Source of the DNA: a virus
Lineage: Duplodnaviria > Caudoviricetes
Reading direction: 5' to 3' (one strand)
Length of the DNA stretch: 35,072 nucleotides
IMG/VR virus record: IMGVR_UViG_3300005512_000142
Coordinates: 1 to 35,072 of that record
The translations under genes and the position numbers were made by a program. This document shows, piece by piece, positions 7,000-16,171 of the stretch. The notes under the pieces were generated by a model that saw only the letters and a list, made by a program, of their open reading frames with translations, had not been told where the DNA came from and searched no databases. Every line of letters starts with the position of its first letter. Position 1 is the stretch's first letter.

Positions 7000-7317
7000 T
7001 TAAGAGAAATGTGGACCTGCACCTGACATCCAACCCTCTTGGAAGTTCTCAGACCCACCACCGAGAGGTGGCATGGGATCAAGTGCAAGAGTGGTAGCAA
7101 CATTTTTAGTTGCCATCTCATACATCACTTGATGGATGTCTTCTGATTCCCTGGACTCTGGTTCCTCTTCAATAAGGAGACCAAGTTCCTTTGCCTCTTC
7201 ATAAGCAGCTTGTGCTTCTTGAATAGCAATGCGTTTTTCGGTCAGCGGTGCTGGACCGAACCAAGGATCATCTTCAAGAACTTCTGGGGCAGGGACGCCA
7301 ACATAAGGTTTCTTCAT
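7000..7317 (-). CDS. Acidic hypothetical protein
   Basis: 105-aa ORF in operon orientation. Confidence 0.75.
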   Translation of the reverse strand: MKKPYVGVPAPEVLEDDPWFGPAPLTEKRIAIQEAQAAYEEAKELGLLIEEEPESRESEDIHQVMYEMATKNVATTLALDPMPPLGGGSENFQEGWMSGAGPHFS

Positions 7318-7324
7318 GTTTTCT

Positions 7325-7534
7325 TCAGATTACACCGAAGAAAAGTTTACCAGTAAATGCGTAAGAAAGCAAGGCTGCTACGAAACCCAGCATCGCAGTA
7401 CGTCCATTGAGCTTCTCTGCTTTTTCAGCATATGGTTCGTATCCATAACGCTCCATTGCTTCTTTGGTCATGTACATGGTAGGTTCTTTGGCAAACATAT
7501 TCATTTGCCCAAACTCATTTTTAGTTACAGTCAT
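7325..7534 (-). CDS. hli: High-light-inducible protein with extended N-terminus
   Basis: AEKLNGRTAMLGF and TGKLFFG motifs; GGAGG ribosome-binding site. Confidence 0.95.
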   Translation of the reverse strand: MTVTKNEFGQMNMFAKEPTMYMTKEAMERYGYEPYAEKAEKLNGRTAMLGFVAALLSYAFTGKLFFGVI

Positions 7535-7544
7535 GTTACCTCCT

Positions 7545-7598
7545 GTTATAAATCTTTACATAGTATATAGTAAAAAAGCACCCCCTGTCAAGGGGTGC
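7545..7598 (-). promoter_or_regulatory. Terminator/promoter composite upstream of hli, with an HLR1-like direct repeat
   Basis: TTGACA (7586-7591) sits in the GCACCCC/GGGGTGC hairpin, followed by T6 and TATACT (7562-7567, 18-nt spacer). GTTATAAA-TC-TTTACATA at 7545-7562 on the plus strand. Confidence 0.75.
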
Positions 7599-7619
7599 CA
7601 TGTAGTCATTTATACTTAA

Positions 7620-8606
7620 TCACTTAAGAGTTTCGACAGCAGCGAGTGCTTTCTGACGAAGACCCTCGGGGAGAGGGACATAACCAAGGGAGTCTGCCTT
7701 CTGTTGCTGAGTAGGTGTCAGCATCCAGCGAAGCATGTCCTTCACATCATCATTCTTCTCATACTCAGGGTATGCCAAGATCCAAGTCAAGGAGACGATA
7801 GGATAGGCGTTAGCACCAGCAGGGTTAGCATCAGCACCACGGAGTTGATCGTCAAGAACGATCTCACCAAGACCAGCAGAAGCAGTCTCAGCAGATGCTT
7901 TCACGAAGTTTCCTGCTTTGTTTTGGATTGCTACCTGTTGGAGACCATTACGGACATAACCATAGTTAACATAACCGATGCTACCAGGGGTGTTGGTGAT
8001 AGCAGCAGCAACACCAGAGTTACCTTTGCCACCAATACCAACAGGCCACTTCACTGCTTTACCCGTACCAACCTTTTCTTTCCACTCGGGAGAGAATGCT
8101 GACAGAGAGTTGGTGAAACCTTTGGTAGTACCAGAACCATCAGAACGATGGACGGTTTTAATAATACCATCGGCACAACCGAAGGTAGACCAGTTGGTGA
8201 TCTTGCCAAGGAAGACATCAGCAAGTTGTGTCTGAGTCATCTTAACTTCACAACCAGGATTGTTGTAGGTAGGAACAATGGCACCACCAGTAATGGGGAT
8301 GTGAACCATACCTTCAGCAGGTTGTTTGGCATCAGCGACAGCACCATCGCTGGCACCGAAGTCAACAGTCTTTGCTTTGAACTGACGAACACCAGCACCA
8401 CTACCAACTGCTTGATAGTTTACTTGGTTGCCAGTTGACTTAGCAAGATCTTGAAGCATGTTGTTGTACAACATGGCAGGGAAAGAAGCACCAGCACCAT
8501 TCAGTTTGTATGGTTCTTTTTTACTGACTTCTGTATTCTCGGCGGAACCACATGCTACCACCAGGGGTGCTGCCACGACGGCAGCAGCGATTGCTTTGAG
8601 TTTCAT
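7620..8606 (-). CDS. pstS: Phosphate ABC transporter substrate-binding lipoprotein
   Basis: Lipobox LVVAC; GAGASFP, YQAVGSGAG, DFGASD, RSDGSGTT and AYPIVSLTW motifs. Confidence 0.98.
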   Translation of the reverse strand: MKLKAIAAAVVAAPLVVACGSAENTEVSKKEPYKLNGAGASFPAMLYNNMLQDLAKSTGNQVNYQAVGSGAGVRQFKAKTVDFGASDGAVADAKQPAEGMVHIPITGGAIVPTYNNPGCEVKMTQTQLADVFLGKITNWSTFGCADGIIKTVHRSDGSGTTKGFTNSLSAFSPEWKEKVGTGKAVKWPVGIGGKGNSGVAAAITNTPGSIGYVNYGYVRNGLQQVAIQNKAGNFVKASAETASAGLGEIVLDDQLRGADANPAGANAYPIVSLTWILAYPEYEKNDDVKDMLRWMLTPTQQQKADSLGYVPLPEGLRQKALAAVETLK

Positions 8607-8615
8607 AATCAGTTA

Positions 8616-8981
8616 TCAGAACTTGTACTTGGTGCCGAGTTCGACTTTCCAGTCACGAGTATCATCTTCTTGGAAGAGATTCTCATACTTTGCATAAGCA
8701 GAAAGGCTATCAGTCAGTTTCAGTTTGCTGCCAACTTCCAGAGCATAAAATGTTTCTGCTTCACCACCATCGGGAACAGCACGACCAACACCACCTTCGA
8801 TGTAAGGAGTTGCTTTACCCAGTTTAGTTTCATATCCGACGCGACCTTGATGGACTTGCTTGGAGAAGTCCTCATCAGTTCCTTTGAATTCGTGCTTGGA
8901 CTCTACATAGGGTCCTGCAAGGGCAGGAGTCGCCAGTGCAGTTGCCGAAACTGCCAGTGCGGCTAGAGCGATTGCTTTCAT
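8616..8981 (-). CDS. Small outer-membrane beta-barrel-like protein (DUF680-like) upstream of pstS
   Basis: Signal peptide ending ALA|GPYVE; alternating beta strands; C-terminal KYKF. Confidence 0.8.
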   Translation of the reverse strand: MKAIALAALAVSATALATPALAGPYVESKHEFKGTDEDFSKQVHQGRVGYETKLGKATPYIEGGVGRAVPDGGEAETFYALEVGSKLKLTDSLSAYAKYENLFQEDDTRDWKVELGTKYKF

Positions 8982-9032
8982 TTGTGAATACCGTTTGTAA
9001 TGTGTTCGGGTTTGTCTCTTGAAGACTCGAAT

Positions 9033-9132
9033 ATTATAACAGTGTCTTCAGATTTTGTATTTAAGATCAAGTTAAGTTGATTTAAAAGTAGACAAACCTT
9101 GGTATATAGGGATGGTTAACTTGAATTTAACC
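9033..9132 (-). promoter_or_regulatory. Pho-box-like repeats and extended -10 driving the beta-barrel/pstS operon
   Basis: TTAA cores at 9061, 9072 and 9082, and a second pair at 9116 and 9127 (10-11 bp period); TGtTATAAT at 9033-9041; no TTGACA. Confidence 0.8.
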
Positions 9133-9134
9133 AT

Positions 9135-9163
9135 AAAAAAGGACCCCCCTATTAGGAGGTCCT
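9135..9163 (-). terminator. Intrinsic terminator
   Basis: AGGACCTCCT-AAT-AGGGGGTCCT hairpin followed by a T-tract. Confidence 0.85.
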
Positions 9164-9183
9164 GATTTTTAGTTAGGTGGAGA

Positions 9184-9555
9184 TCAGAAGGAATACTTCA
9201 GACCCAGTTTTGCACCATAACCACGGTCGATGTCCTCATCGCCACTGCCGACGAAGGAGACTTCACCATATGCACCCAGTGCATCGGTCAGAGCCAGACC
9301 CAGACCTGCCTTACCAGAGGGGACGGTATCAGCGTCACCACCATCAGGAGTCAGCACGGTAGCACCACCCTGGATGTAGTAAGAACCACTCTCACTCAGA
9401 GCACCTTCGTAGCCTACGTGAAGATCGGTTCCAGCACCATTGTACTCCGAACCAGTCCAACCAGCATTGGTTTCTACGTTCACGTAGGGACCTGCAACAG
9501 CAGCGCCTGCGGACATAGACAGTGCAGCGGTCGCTGCGAATACAGATTTGATCAT
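9184..9555 (-). CDS. Second small beta-barrel-like protein (DUF680-like), 123 aa
   Basis: Start MIKSVF with GAGG upstream; AVA|GPYVNVE; C-terminal KYSF; paralogous to 8616-8981. Confidence 0.85.
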   Translation of the reverse strand: MIKSVFAATAALSMSAGAAVAGPYVNVETNAGWTGSEYNGAGTDLHVGYEGALSESGSYYIQGGATVLTPDGGDADTVPSGKAGLGLALTDALGAYGEVSFVGSGDEDIDRGYGAKLGLKYSF

Positions 9556-9667
9556 TTGTTTTAACCTCGTTTGTTTACTTGCGGAATGGTTACCCGCAGA
9601 TGAAAGAGACATCGACATTTGTCTCGTTTTATTACAACTGGCACAGTGACAGTTGTAACATTTATTT

Positions 9668-9696
9668 ATGATACCAAAGTTTTGGTATCTTGTCAA
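9668..9696 (-). promoter_or_regulatory. Sigma70-like promoter TTGACA-N17-TATCAT with an internal palindrome
   Basis: GATACCAAA-GT-TTTGGTATC at 9670-9689; CATAAATA overlaps the -10. Confidence 0.75.
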
Positions 9697-10481
9697 GTGT
9701 CGGGAGCGTCAAGTGCGTGAGTTTCCCAAGTGAGCAAAGAATCAGGATCAACCTTGTTAGATTCATTTGCCCACCATCCAAAGAGTGCGTCTCTAGGACC
9801 TCTATGGAATACATCCACATGCTCAGGGTGAATCGAAGAACCCATCTCTAACTTGTAGAGGAGTAGTGGGATGGCAAAAGAACGACCAGCATTGTAAATG
9901 AGATCGTCTGCAACTGGACGAGGACGAACCCCATTGTCCAGTTTGTACCTGTCACCACGAATGTGCAGCTTCATCATTTTCGCTGCGTGATGACGAGTAA
10001 TAACATAGCACGCTGTGGAGAAGTCGTCAATATATCTGGGATGAATATTTGCGACAAGTTTGCGGGGATTGATGACAGCAAGTTGAAGGATGTCAAAGTC
10101 ATAAGGAGCCTTTGCCATAAAGGTCTTCCAGTCCCAAGGCCAATAGCGTACTGTTTCCAAATCACAATCATCTTCCATGATGACTGCATATGGAGCATCA
10201 GTCTCTTCATAAAAATGCTTAATCGCTTTCAAATGAGAGGTGACACAACCAATCTCACCAGAGGTGATATTTGGATACTGACCATGAATGATGTCACTCA
10301 GGTCATCATTTCTACCATCATAGGCAGAGATCCTAGTATAGTCCTTAATCTCCCAATAGTCAAATTGGTCCTCCATGTACTGACGACGCTCTGGTTGACC
10401 ATCTAGATTAATCAGATATAGCGGACCAAACCCATCAAGTTTATATGCGGATTTGTTCTTGTCTCTCAGTGTTGCTGTCAT
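9693..10481 (-). CDS. Glycosyltransferase family 25-like
   Basis: YLINLD...ERR, RISAYDG, GEIGCVTSHLKA, MEDD and STACYVIT motifs. Confidence 0.9.
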   Translation of the reverse strand: MTATLRDKNKSAYKLDGFGPLYLINLDGQPERRQYMEDQFDYWEIKDYTRISAYDGRNDDLSDIIHGQYPNITSGEIGCVTSHLKAIKHFYEETDAPYAVIMEDDCDLETVRYWPWDWKTFMAKAPYDFDILQLAVINPRKLVANIHPRYIDDFSTACYVITRHHAAKMMKLHIRGDRYKLDNGVRPRPVADDLIYNAGRSFAIPLLLYKLEMGSSIHPEHVDVFHRGPRDALFGWWANESNKVDPDSLLTWETHALDAPDT

Positions 10482-10852
10482 TAGTCTCCAGGAATCACGC
10501 GGTTGCTATCTTCATCAAAGTGTTCAGTCGAGAACTCAAAGAGTTCTGAGTCTTCTAGGGCAAGCATTTGATGCCTTAACCCAGTAGGGATGTAGAAACT
10601 ATCTCCAGGAAGCAAAACAACTTCCTGTGCTTTGTCTCTATCGTCATCCTCGGAATATTTTAACAAAATTTTTCCAGACTGTAAATAGAAAGTTTCGTCT
10701 TTTAGTTTATGATAATGCCAAGAGCATCTCTTCCCCTCTTTGAGGAAAAGAAGTTTCCCACAGTATTCTGATTTATTGACAATCCATACCTCATGTCCCC
10801 ATCCCTTAGGGACAATCTTGGAAGAATCCTTTGTCGTTAATAGCTTTGTCAT
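10481..10852 (-). CDS. Cupin, sugar-phosphate isomerase-like
   Basis: VPKGWGHE, SWHYHKLKDETFY and GLRHQM metal-binding cupin motifs. Confidence 0.85.
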   Translation of the reverse strand: MTKLLTTKDSSKIVPKGWGHEVWIVNKSEYCGKLLFLKEGKRCSWHYHKLKDETFYLQSGKILLKYSEDDDRDKAQEVVLLPGDSFYIPTGLRHQMLALEDSELFEFSTEHFDEDSNRVIPGD

Positions 10853-11147
10853 CGATATAGAAGTCAGCTGATGGTTTACCAAGGAACAGTTGATGATATT
10901 TACATCCCCAACTTTGAAGTTGGTTAAAAGTTAAATCGTAAAAATGCTTTTGTGCTAGTGTCCTGGAGTTCTTATACCTACCCATTCCTCTAGCAGTTAA
11001 GTAGATGATATGGTGACCTTCGTCATACAACTTATTTATTTTAGCAATTCTATCCTCTTTTGGAATACTTGTTTCGTAGTCACCATCAGTCCTATCTGTG
11101 GGTTTATCACAAATAGTTCCATCAATATCAAAGCAGTAAGTCAACAT
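10806..11147 (-). CDS. Small HAD-superfamily phosphatase (capsule-biosynthesis type)
   Basis: FDIDGTI, YLTARG and GKPSADFYIDDK motifs. Confidence 0.88.
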   Translation of the reverse strand: MLTYCFDIDGTICDKPTDRTDGDYETSIPKEDRIAKINKLYDEGHHIIYLTARGMGRYKNSRTLAQKHFYDLTFNQLQSWGCKYHQLFLGKPSADFYIDDKAINDKGFFQDCP

Positions 11148-11916
11148 CTTCTTTCGTTAAAACATAGGTTCCAATATTTTGGACAGCAATACCAGCTGCC
11201 TTGTTTGCATATGGTATTGCTGTTTCTATTTTACCATGAAGTAGATAAAAGTAAACAAGTGAAGCAAGAAATGTATCTCCTGCCCCAACGACATCATACA
11301 CCTTTACTTTTTGTGCAGGAAATAACTGACCTGCAAACTCGGCACCAGATGCTCCCCGAGTTACAATCACATTATGATTATCACTCTTGAGTTTCTGATA
11401 CTCTGGTTCGTTTAGTTTAATGATGCAGTTATACTTTGGCAACTCAGTTTTCTTACTATCAATAAAAACAGGACACTCTGCACTCTGAACAATATCAAAC
11501 AACTTTGCTTGTGTTAGAAATCCTTTATCATAATCAGAAATAACAATAATATCATACTTATCAGAAATCTCACCAGTAAATGGTTCAACAGGATGTTCCT
11601 TATCAACCCTCAGAATTTGCTGATTTGATTTTTCGTCAACATACCTAGTCTTATAGATTTTTTCTTCATTGGTTATAATGTCAACATCCAAACCAAATGC
11701 ATTGAGATTATTGTAGACATTCCATGCCATTCCTCCTCGTGAGTCAATACGATTGTATTTCATCACAGGAACAGGTGCTTCTGGATTTAATCTAGTGCAG
11801 TTTCCATAGACATATTCATCTATGCATCCATCACCGAGCACCAATACTTTGTATAACTCTGGTGGTTGAGTAGTTCCCAACCCTGTTGAAGAACTTAACT
11901 TCCTTCGCATAATCAC
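11128..11916 (-). CDS. PfkB-family heptose-7-phosphate kinase (HldE kinase domain-like); start uncertain
   Basis: VLGDGCIDEY, RLNPEAPVPV, ISDYDKG and DVVGAGDTF motifs. Confidence 0.9.
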   Translation of the reverse strand: MIMRRKLSSSTGLGTTQPPELYKVLVLGDGCIDEYVYGNCTRLNPEAPVPVMKYNRIDSRGGMAWNVYNNLNAFGLDVDIITNEEKIYKTRYVDEKSNQQILRVDKEHPVEPFTGEISDKYDIIVISDYDKGFLTQAKLFDIVQSAECPVFIDSKKTELPKYNCIIKLNEPEYQKLKSDNHNVIVTRGASGAEFAGQLFPAQKVKVYDVVGAGDTFLASLVYFYLLHGKIETAIPYANKAAGIAVQNIGTYVLTKEDVDLLL

Positions 11917-12232
11917 CTCCTACGACTTCACGACCTCTCCAATCAGCTCCAATCAAAAGAATATCTGGAGCACACAGTTCAATCAACTGTTCCAGTTCTG
12001 TTTTTGAATCAAAAGTTAGAACTAAATCTATGTATCGAATAGACTCTAGCATAGTTTTACGATATTGTATATCGTTGATTGGTCTTGCGGATCCTTTATC
12101 GGTTCTTACCTTTTCATCACTATCAATAGCAACGATAAGTTTATCCCCTAAGGACCTACCAACTTTAAACAACTCAATATGTCCTGGATGAAGAATATCA
12201 AAACATCCATTAGTGAATACAGTTTTTGACAT
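11831..12232 (-). CDS. Heptose-1-phosphate nucleotidyltransferase (HldE C-domain-like)
   Basis: VFTNGCFDILHPGH, KGSARPIN and YSTT motifs; GGAGG upstream. Confidence 0.9.
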   Translation of the reverse strand: MSKTVFTNGCFDILHPGHIELFKVGRSLGDKLIVAIDSDEKVRTDKGSARPINDIQYRKTMLESIRYIDLVLTFDSKTELEQLIELCAPDILLIGADWRGREVVGGDYAKEVKFFNRVGNYSTTRVIQSIGAR

Positions 12233-13016
12233 ATTCCTCCACAGTAGTAAAGTTATAGTTTTCAAGATAGTTCATTTTAGCACAAGTGTAATATTGATAC
12301 TTACCTTTGAGATGCTCTGGGAAAGGAATGTATTCTATCTCTCCACCGAGTTTGTCGATAATCACATCAGCAACATGTTGAAAAGAAACTGGACTTGCCG
12401 TTCCAAGATCATAAATCCCACTGGGAAGAGTATTATTCAAAACAATGTCAACAAGATCTTTGACATACACAAAGTCTCTTTCCATTTTATCAGATCTCTC
12501 AAACAGTCTGATCTTTCCTTCTTTCTTAATATCGTTAATAAACTTACTTACAGGACTTGATTGATTTTGTTTTACTTTGTGATCTTCATATTCACCAAAG
12601 ACATTAAAGTATCTAAATCCTTGAATCAACTTAAACTTACTCATGTTTTGTTGAACCCAATAATCAATCTGAAGTTTTGAGATCGCATAGTAGTTCAATG
12701 GATTCATTATAGAAGTTAAAGTATTTCCATATACAGAAGCAGATGAAGCATACTTAACTGGTATCTGATACTGAATCGCTTTCTCAAATAGTTTGAGAGT
12801 AAAGTCCACATTGTACTTATGGATCTTATTGATATCAGTTTCTACTGTACTGGAGATCGCTCCCTGGTGTAGAATAAGTTCTACTTTATCCCAATCTTTA
12901 TATTCCTCAAGGAATAGATATGCTCCATTCATTTCAACTCTATAGACATTCTCTAAATCAAGGGAGTCGCAAAAATTCTTTCCAATAAATCCTTCGTGCC
13001 CTGTGAGTATAATCAT
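12210..13016 (-). CDS. hldD: ADP-L-glycero-D-manno-heptose 6-epimerase-like SDR
   Basis: HQGAISST, YASSASVYG, PLNYYAISK, FRYFNVFG and IPFPEHLKGKYQYYT motifs. Confidence 0.85.
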   Translation of the reverse strand: MIILTGHEGFIGKNFCDSLDLENVYRVEMNGAYLFLEEYKDWDKVELILHQGAISSTVETDINKIHKYNVDFTLKLFEKAIQYQIPVKYASSASVYGNTLTSIMNPLNYYAISKLQIDYWVQQNMSKFKLIQGFRYFNVFGEYEDHKVKQNQSSPVSKFINDIKKEGKIRLFERSDKMERDFVYVKDLVDIVLNNTLPSGIYDLGTASPVSFQHVADVIIDKLGGEIEYIPFPEHLKGKYQYYTCAKMNYLENYNFTTVEEYVKNCIH

Positions 13017-13774
13017 GGAGTATATGTTGCGTATTGGATATTGTCAAAAATAAAAATACCTTTATTGATATGATATTGATAATCATCATCAGGCATGATG
13101 CAGTAACTCTGTAGATCAGGATTATATTGATTCTTAATCGCAGCACTCAAATGACTCTGACCACTGTGGACAGAAATCAATCCAGCGACTGATGCCATAG
13201 CATCTGCATAAGCAAAAATATTTACAATCGGAATCTTTCCATCTACTGGAACAGGATAGGTAACATGCTTACCATCATGAGCAATATTGATTCCTTTTTT
13301 TGTGTTAATTTCATTTTGAAACTCAACCTTTGCAAAGATTTTACCAGGATGCTCTTTCCTGATATCTTCGTAGACTTTCATAAGTTTCTCATGATCGTAG
13401 TCTCTAGTGATTGTAGAGATATCGACCAGGATTACATCTGCTAGATCTACCTTATTCGGTTGATAATAGATCTTAGGATACTTACTCACTGGATGAAGAC
13501 CATGTAGTTGCTCCCAACTTGCAATGGAGTTACCAGCAACATTTTCAAATTTAATCTCTGGAATATCCCCAGCATTCCACTGTCCACCCTTTACTCCTTT
13601 GATGAAAGGATTAGTTCCCCACACTAGTTGTGCAATCTCTGGATTACGAAAAAAAGCACGGTCCCACACATAAGTGTCACGACCCTGCTGGATTGCAAAC
13701 TGCTCTGGCAAAGTAGAGAACTGGAGATTGTCTCCAAGTCCTCCATGATATGCTGCGATTAAAACATCACTCAT
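13013..13774 (-). CDS. Putative GT-B glycosyltransferase
   Basis: GGLGDNL and SGQSHLSAA resemble GT9-like motifs; lies within the glycosylation operon. Confidence 0.6.
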   Translation of the reverse strand: MSDVLIAAYHGGLGDNLQFSTLPEQFAIQQGRDTYVWDRAFFRNPEIAQLVWGTNPFIKGVKGGQWNAGDIPEIKFENVAGNSIASWEQLHGLHPVSKYPKIYYQPNKVDLADVILVDISTITRDYDHEKLMKVYEDIRKEHPGKIFAKVEFQNEINTKKGINIAHDGKHVTYPVPVDGKIPIVNIFAYADAMASVAGLISVHSGQSHLSAAIKNQYNPDLQSYCIMPDDDYQYHINKGIFIFDNIQYATYTP

Positions 13775-14481
13775 ATGTGCTTTTCCCAATCAATCGTAGG
13801 TGAATGAAGGAGGTCACAGTGAGTAGAATATCCTGGCATAGGAGTAATCAATCTGCGACCCATACTTCCAAGATGACAGAACTTAGCATGATCCATTGAA
13901 ATACCATCTGGAGATGCATCACTAAAGTGTTTATGAATACCATAGTCTGCTTTCAATGTTCCCAACTTACCCGCATAAGTGTTGCAAGTGGAGGGAACCG
14001 TTCTCCAGTGAACAGAGTCACTGACCATCACCTTTGATACCAGGTCATCATAACCCTTGTCAATGTATTTGTCCAGGTGGTCATACAGAGACACATAGTT
14101 GGTTGGAAGAGTGAATCCTTCTAGGAGAATCTCACACCAACCAGGACGATGCAGATAGTCATCCTCCAAGAAGTAAACAATGGTGTCGTCAGGAGCATCC
14201 AGAGATACAGCAATATCTACAGTCTTAGAAAAACTACCTGCCTCATACCCGAAGTTGATTACTTCAACATTTGGTTCATCCTTGAGAAATGTATCCTTCA
14301 GAGGACCGAACTTTTCGTCATAGATGATCTTATAGTCAGCAAGTTCTGGGTTGATTGTATTCTTAAAGTTCTCAAAGACTTTAATCTTATCAAACCAGTC
14401 TGGTCTTTTCCTATTTGAAAGAGCAGTGTTAGGCGAATAGAAACACTGTCGCATCAATACTTGAATTTTTTTCATTTCCAA
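13771..14481 (-). CDS. Putative GT-A glycosyltransferase
   Basis: VYFLEDDYLH motif and operon context. Confidence 0.7.
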   Translation of the reverse strand: MEMKKIQVLMRQCFYSPNTALSNRKRPDWFDKIKVFENFKNTINPELADYKIIYDEKFGPLKDTFLKDEPNVEVINFGYEAGSFSKTVDIAVSLDAPDDTIVYFLEDDYLHRPGWCEILLEGFTLPTNYVSLYDHLDKYIDKGYDDLVSKVMVSDSVHWRTVPSTCNTYAGKLGTLKADYGIHKHFSDASPDGISMDHAKFCHLGSMGRRLITPMPGYSTHCDLLHSPTIDWEKHI

Positions 14482-15461
14482 TAATCGTAAATGTCTTTTG
14501 TGATTTCATAAGGCATATCCTTAACCTTACGATTTGGTTGCTTCATTGCCCAGACAAACATCTCTTCAATCAGTTCTTGAAGATTAGTGTTATCTTGGAA
14601 CCCAAGCAAGGTCTTTGCCTTTGTGTGGTCACAGTAGGCGTGTTTCGCCTCGTGACGTGCCTCTCCATGCTCAATGGGTACATCATACCCATACTTCAAT
14701 CCAATCGCTTGTACAGTCTCTGCGACCTCGTTCAGAGTGAAGTGCTTGTCTGCTCCAATATTAAATGTCTCACCATCATGATCTGTCAGAAGACAATCAA
14801 ATGGTTCCATGTAGTATTTTATATCAGAGAACGCACGAGTTTGTTCACCATCACCATAGACAAGAATAGGTTGACCATTCAAAGTCTTACGAATAAAGAT
14901 ACCGATCACATTACGATAGCGATCCCAAATGTTTTGATACTTACCAAGAACATTGTGAGGACGAATGATATTGTATCTCAGTCCAAACTGCTTCCTAGCA
15001 AGCTCAAGATCAACTTCTACACCATACTTGGCAACTCCGTATGGGTCAATAGGTGAAGGTCTCATCTCCTCATTGAAAGGAGGTTCCTGATCACCATAGA
15101 CTGCCATCGTAGAAGTAAACAAGATCTTGGTGTTGTGAGTAACACACTCATTGATCAGGTTAGCAGAACAAACTAGATTATTTCTATAGTTGAAGTTGCG
15201 GATAAAGGGAGACAAACCCTCAGCAGCATATGCAGCAAAGTGAACACAAACATCTGGTTTATGTTTTTCAAAGAGATCAACTACTTTCTTACGGTTCTCA
15301 AGATTGAGTTTCACAAACTCAAAGTTCTCCCCTTTAGGCACAAACGCTTTGTACCCTCCAGAGAGATTGTCAATGCCAACTACGTGATGTCCATTTTCTA
15401 GCAGGTGCCTTGCGTAGTTAGATCCAAGAAGACCTGCACATCCTGTTACGAATATTTTCAT
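14472..15461 (-). CDS. NAD-dependent nucleotide-sugar epimerase/dehydratase
   Basis: TGCAGLLG, YGVAK and GDGEQTRAF motifs. Confidence 0.92.
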   Translation of the reverse strand: MKIFVTGCAGLLGSNYARHLLENGHHVVGIDNLSGGYKAFVPKGENFEFVKLNLENRKKVVDLFEKHKPDVCVHFAAYAAEGLSPFIRNFNYRNNLVCSANLINECVTHNTKILFTSTMAVYGDQEPPFNEEMRPSPIDPYGVAKYGVEVDLELARKQFGLRYNIIRPHNVLGKYQNIWDRYRNVIGIFIRKTLNGQPILVYGDGEQTRAFSDIKYYMEPFDCLLTDHDGETFNIGADKHFTLNEVAETVQAIGLKYGYDVPIEHGEARHEAKHAYCDHTKAKTLLGFQDNTNLQELIEEMFVWAMKQPNRKVKDMPYEITKDIYDYWK

Positions 15462-16171
15462 TGGTATTTCAAAGATAACAACTGTGCTTTATTAGCAAAC
15501 TGACTGCCATGCCAACCAAAGTGCTTATTAGGATCAAAACTAATGAACTGATCCCAATGATTTCCATCATATTCAAAGCATGGATTTTCATAAGCAAATT
15601 TTACTGCCACTTCAAACGGAGCAAACTTGATTCCATACTCAATCGCCTCATCATACTTACGAGTACAAAGGAAAGTATCTTCTCCAAGAATGCCAGTGTC
15701 TTCAAACTGACTAGAGAACTCTAGAAACTTTTTACTACGAATAGAGAATCCTCCATTACCAACACGGTTTTTGGGGAGGTTCTTTTTGAGATATGGTTGC
15801 TGCTCTTCATGTTGCATCTGAATCCAACTTTCTTCTGTTGGCCAGGGAGCACCGATATAGTCATACTTGAGAAACTCATCATCCCAAAGATTAGGATTGA
15901 CGATGTGTCCATCCTCTTGAATAACCATAACAAAGTCATTATCAGAGTGTTGCTTTAGATTCAACACCTGATCATTATATCCATTCCAATCAATTTTCTC
16001 TTCAAGTTGATGCAACTCAATGTTGTAATACTCAGACGGTTCAATATGAGTAACAAGAATGGACTTGCCAAAGTTGAAAAACTTTTGGCAATAGTTAATC
16101 GCAGCAACCGATGCTTGTGGATTTACACAGTTGATTGAGATAAGATCAACATTTAACAAATCTTTTTTCAT
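15458..16171 (-). CDS. DUF5672-like putative glycosyltransferase
   Basis: IQEDG, YDYIGAPW, VGNGGFSIRSK, ED and FGWH motifs. Confidence 0.8.
   Translation of the reverse strand: MKKDLLNVDLISINCVNPQASVAAINYCQKFFNFGKSILVTHIEPSEYYNIELHQLEEKIDWNGYNDQVLNLKQHSDNDFVMVIQEDGHIVNPNLWDDEFLKYDYIGAPWPTEESWIQMQHEEQQPYLKKNLPKNRVGNGGFSIRSKKFLEFSSQFEDTGILGEDTFLCTRKYDEAIEYGIKFAPFEVAVKFAYENPCFEYDGNHWDQFISFDPNKHFGWHGSQFANKAQLLSLKYQ

Noticed and set aside
7544-7560. NtcA box upstream of hli
   Set aside because: GTA-N8-TAA misses the TAC half-site; the direct-repeat reading fits better.
7704-8966. Long plus-strand ORFs opposite pstS and its upstream gene
   Set aside because: Antisense shadows caused by biased codon usage.
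9556-9696. N-terminal extension of the 170-aa ORF
   Set aside because: It runs through the promoter and leader; the signal peptide and ribosome-binding site indicate a start at 9555.
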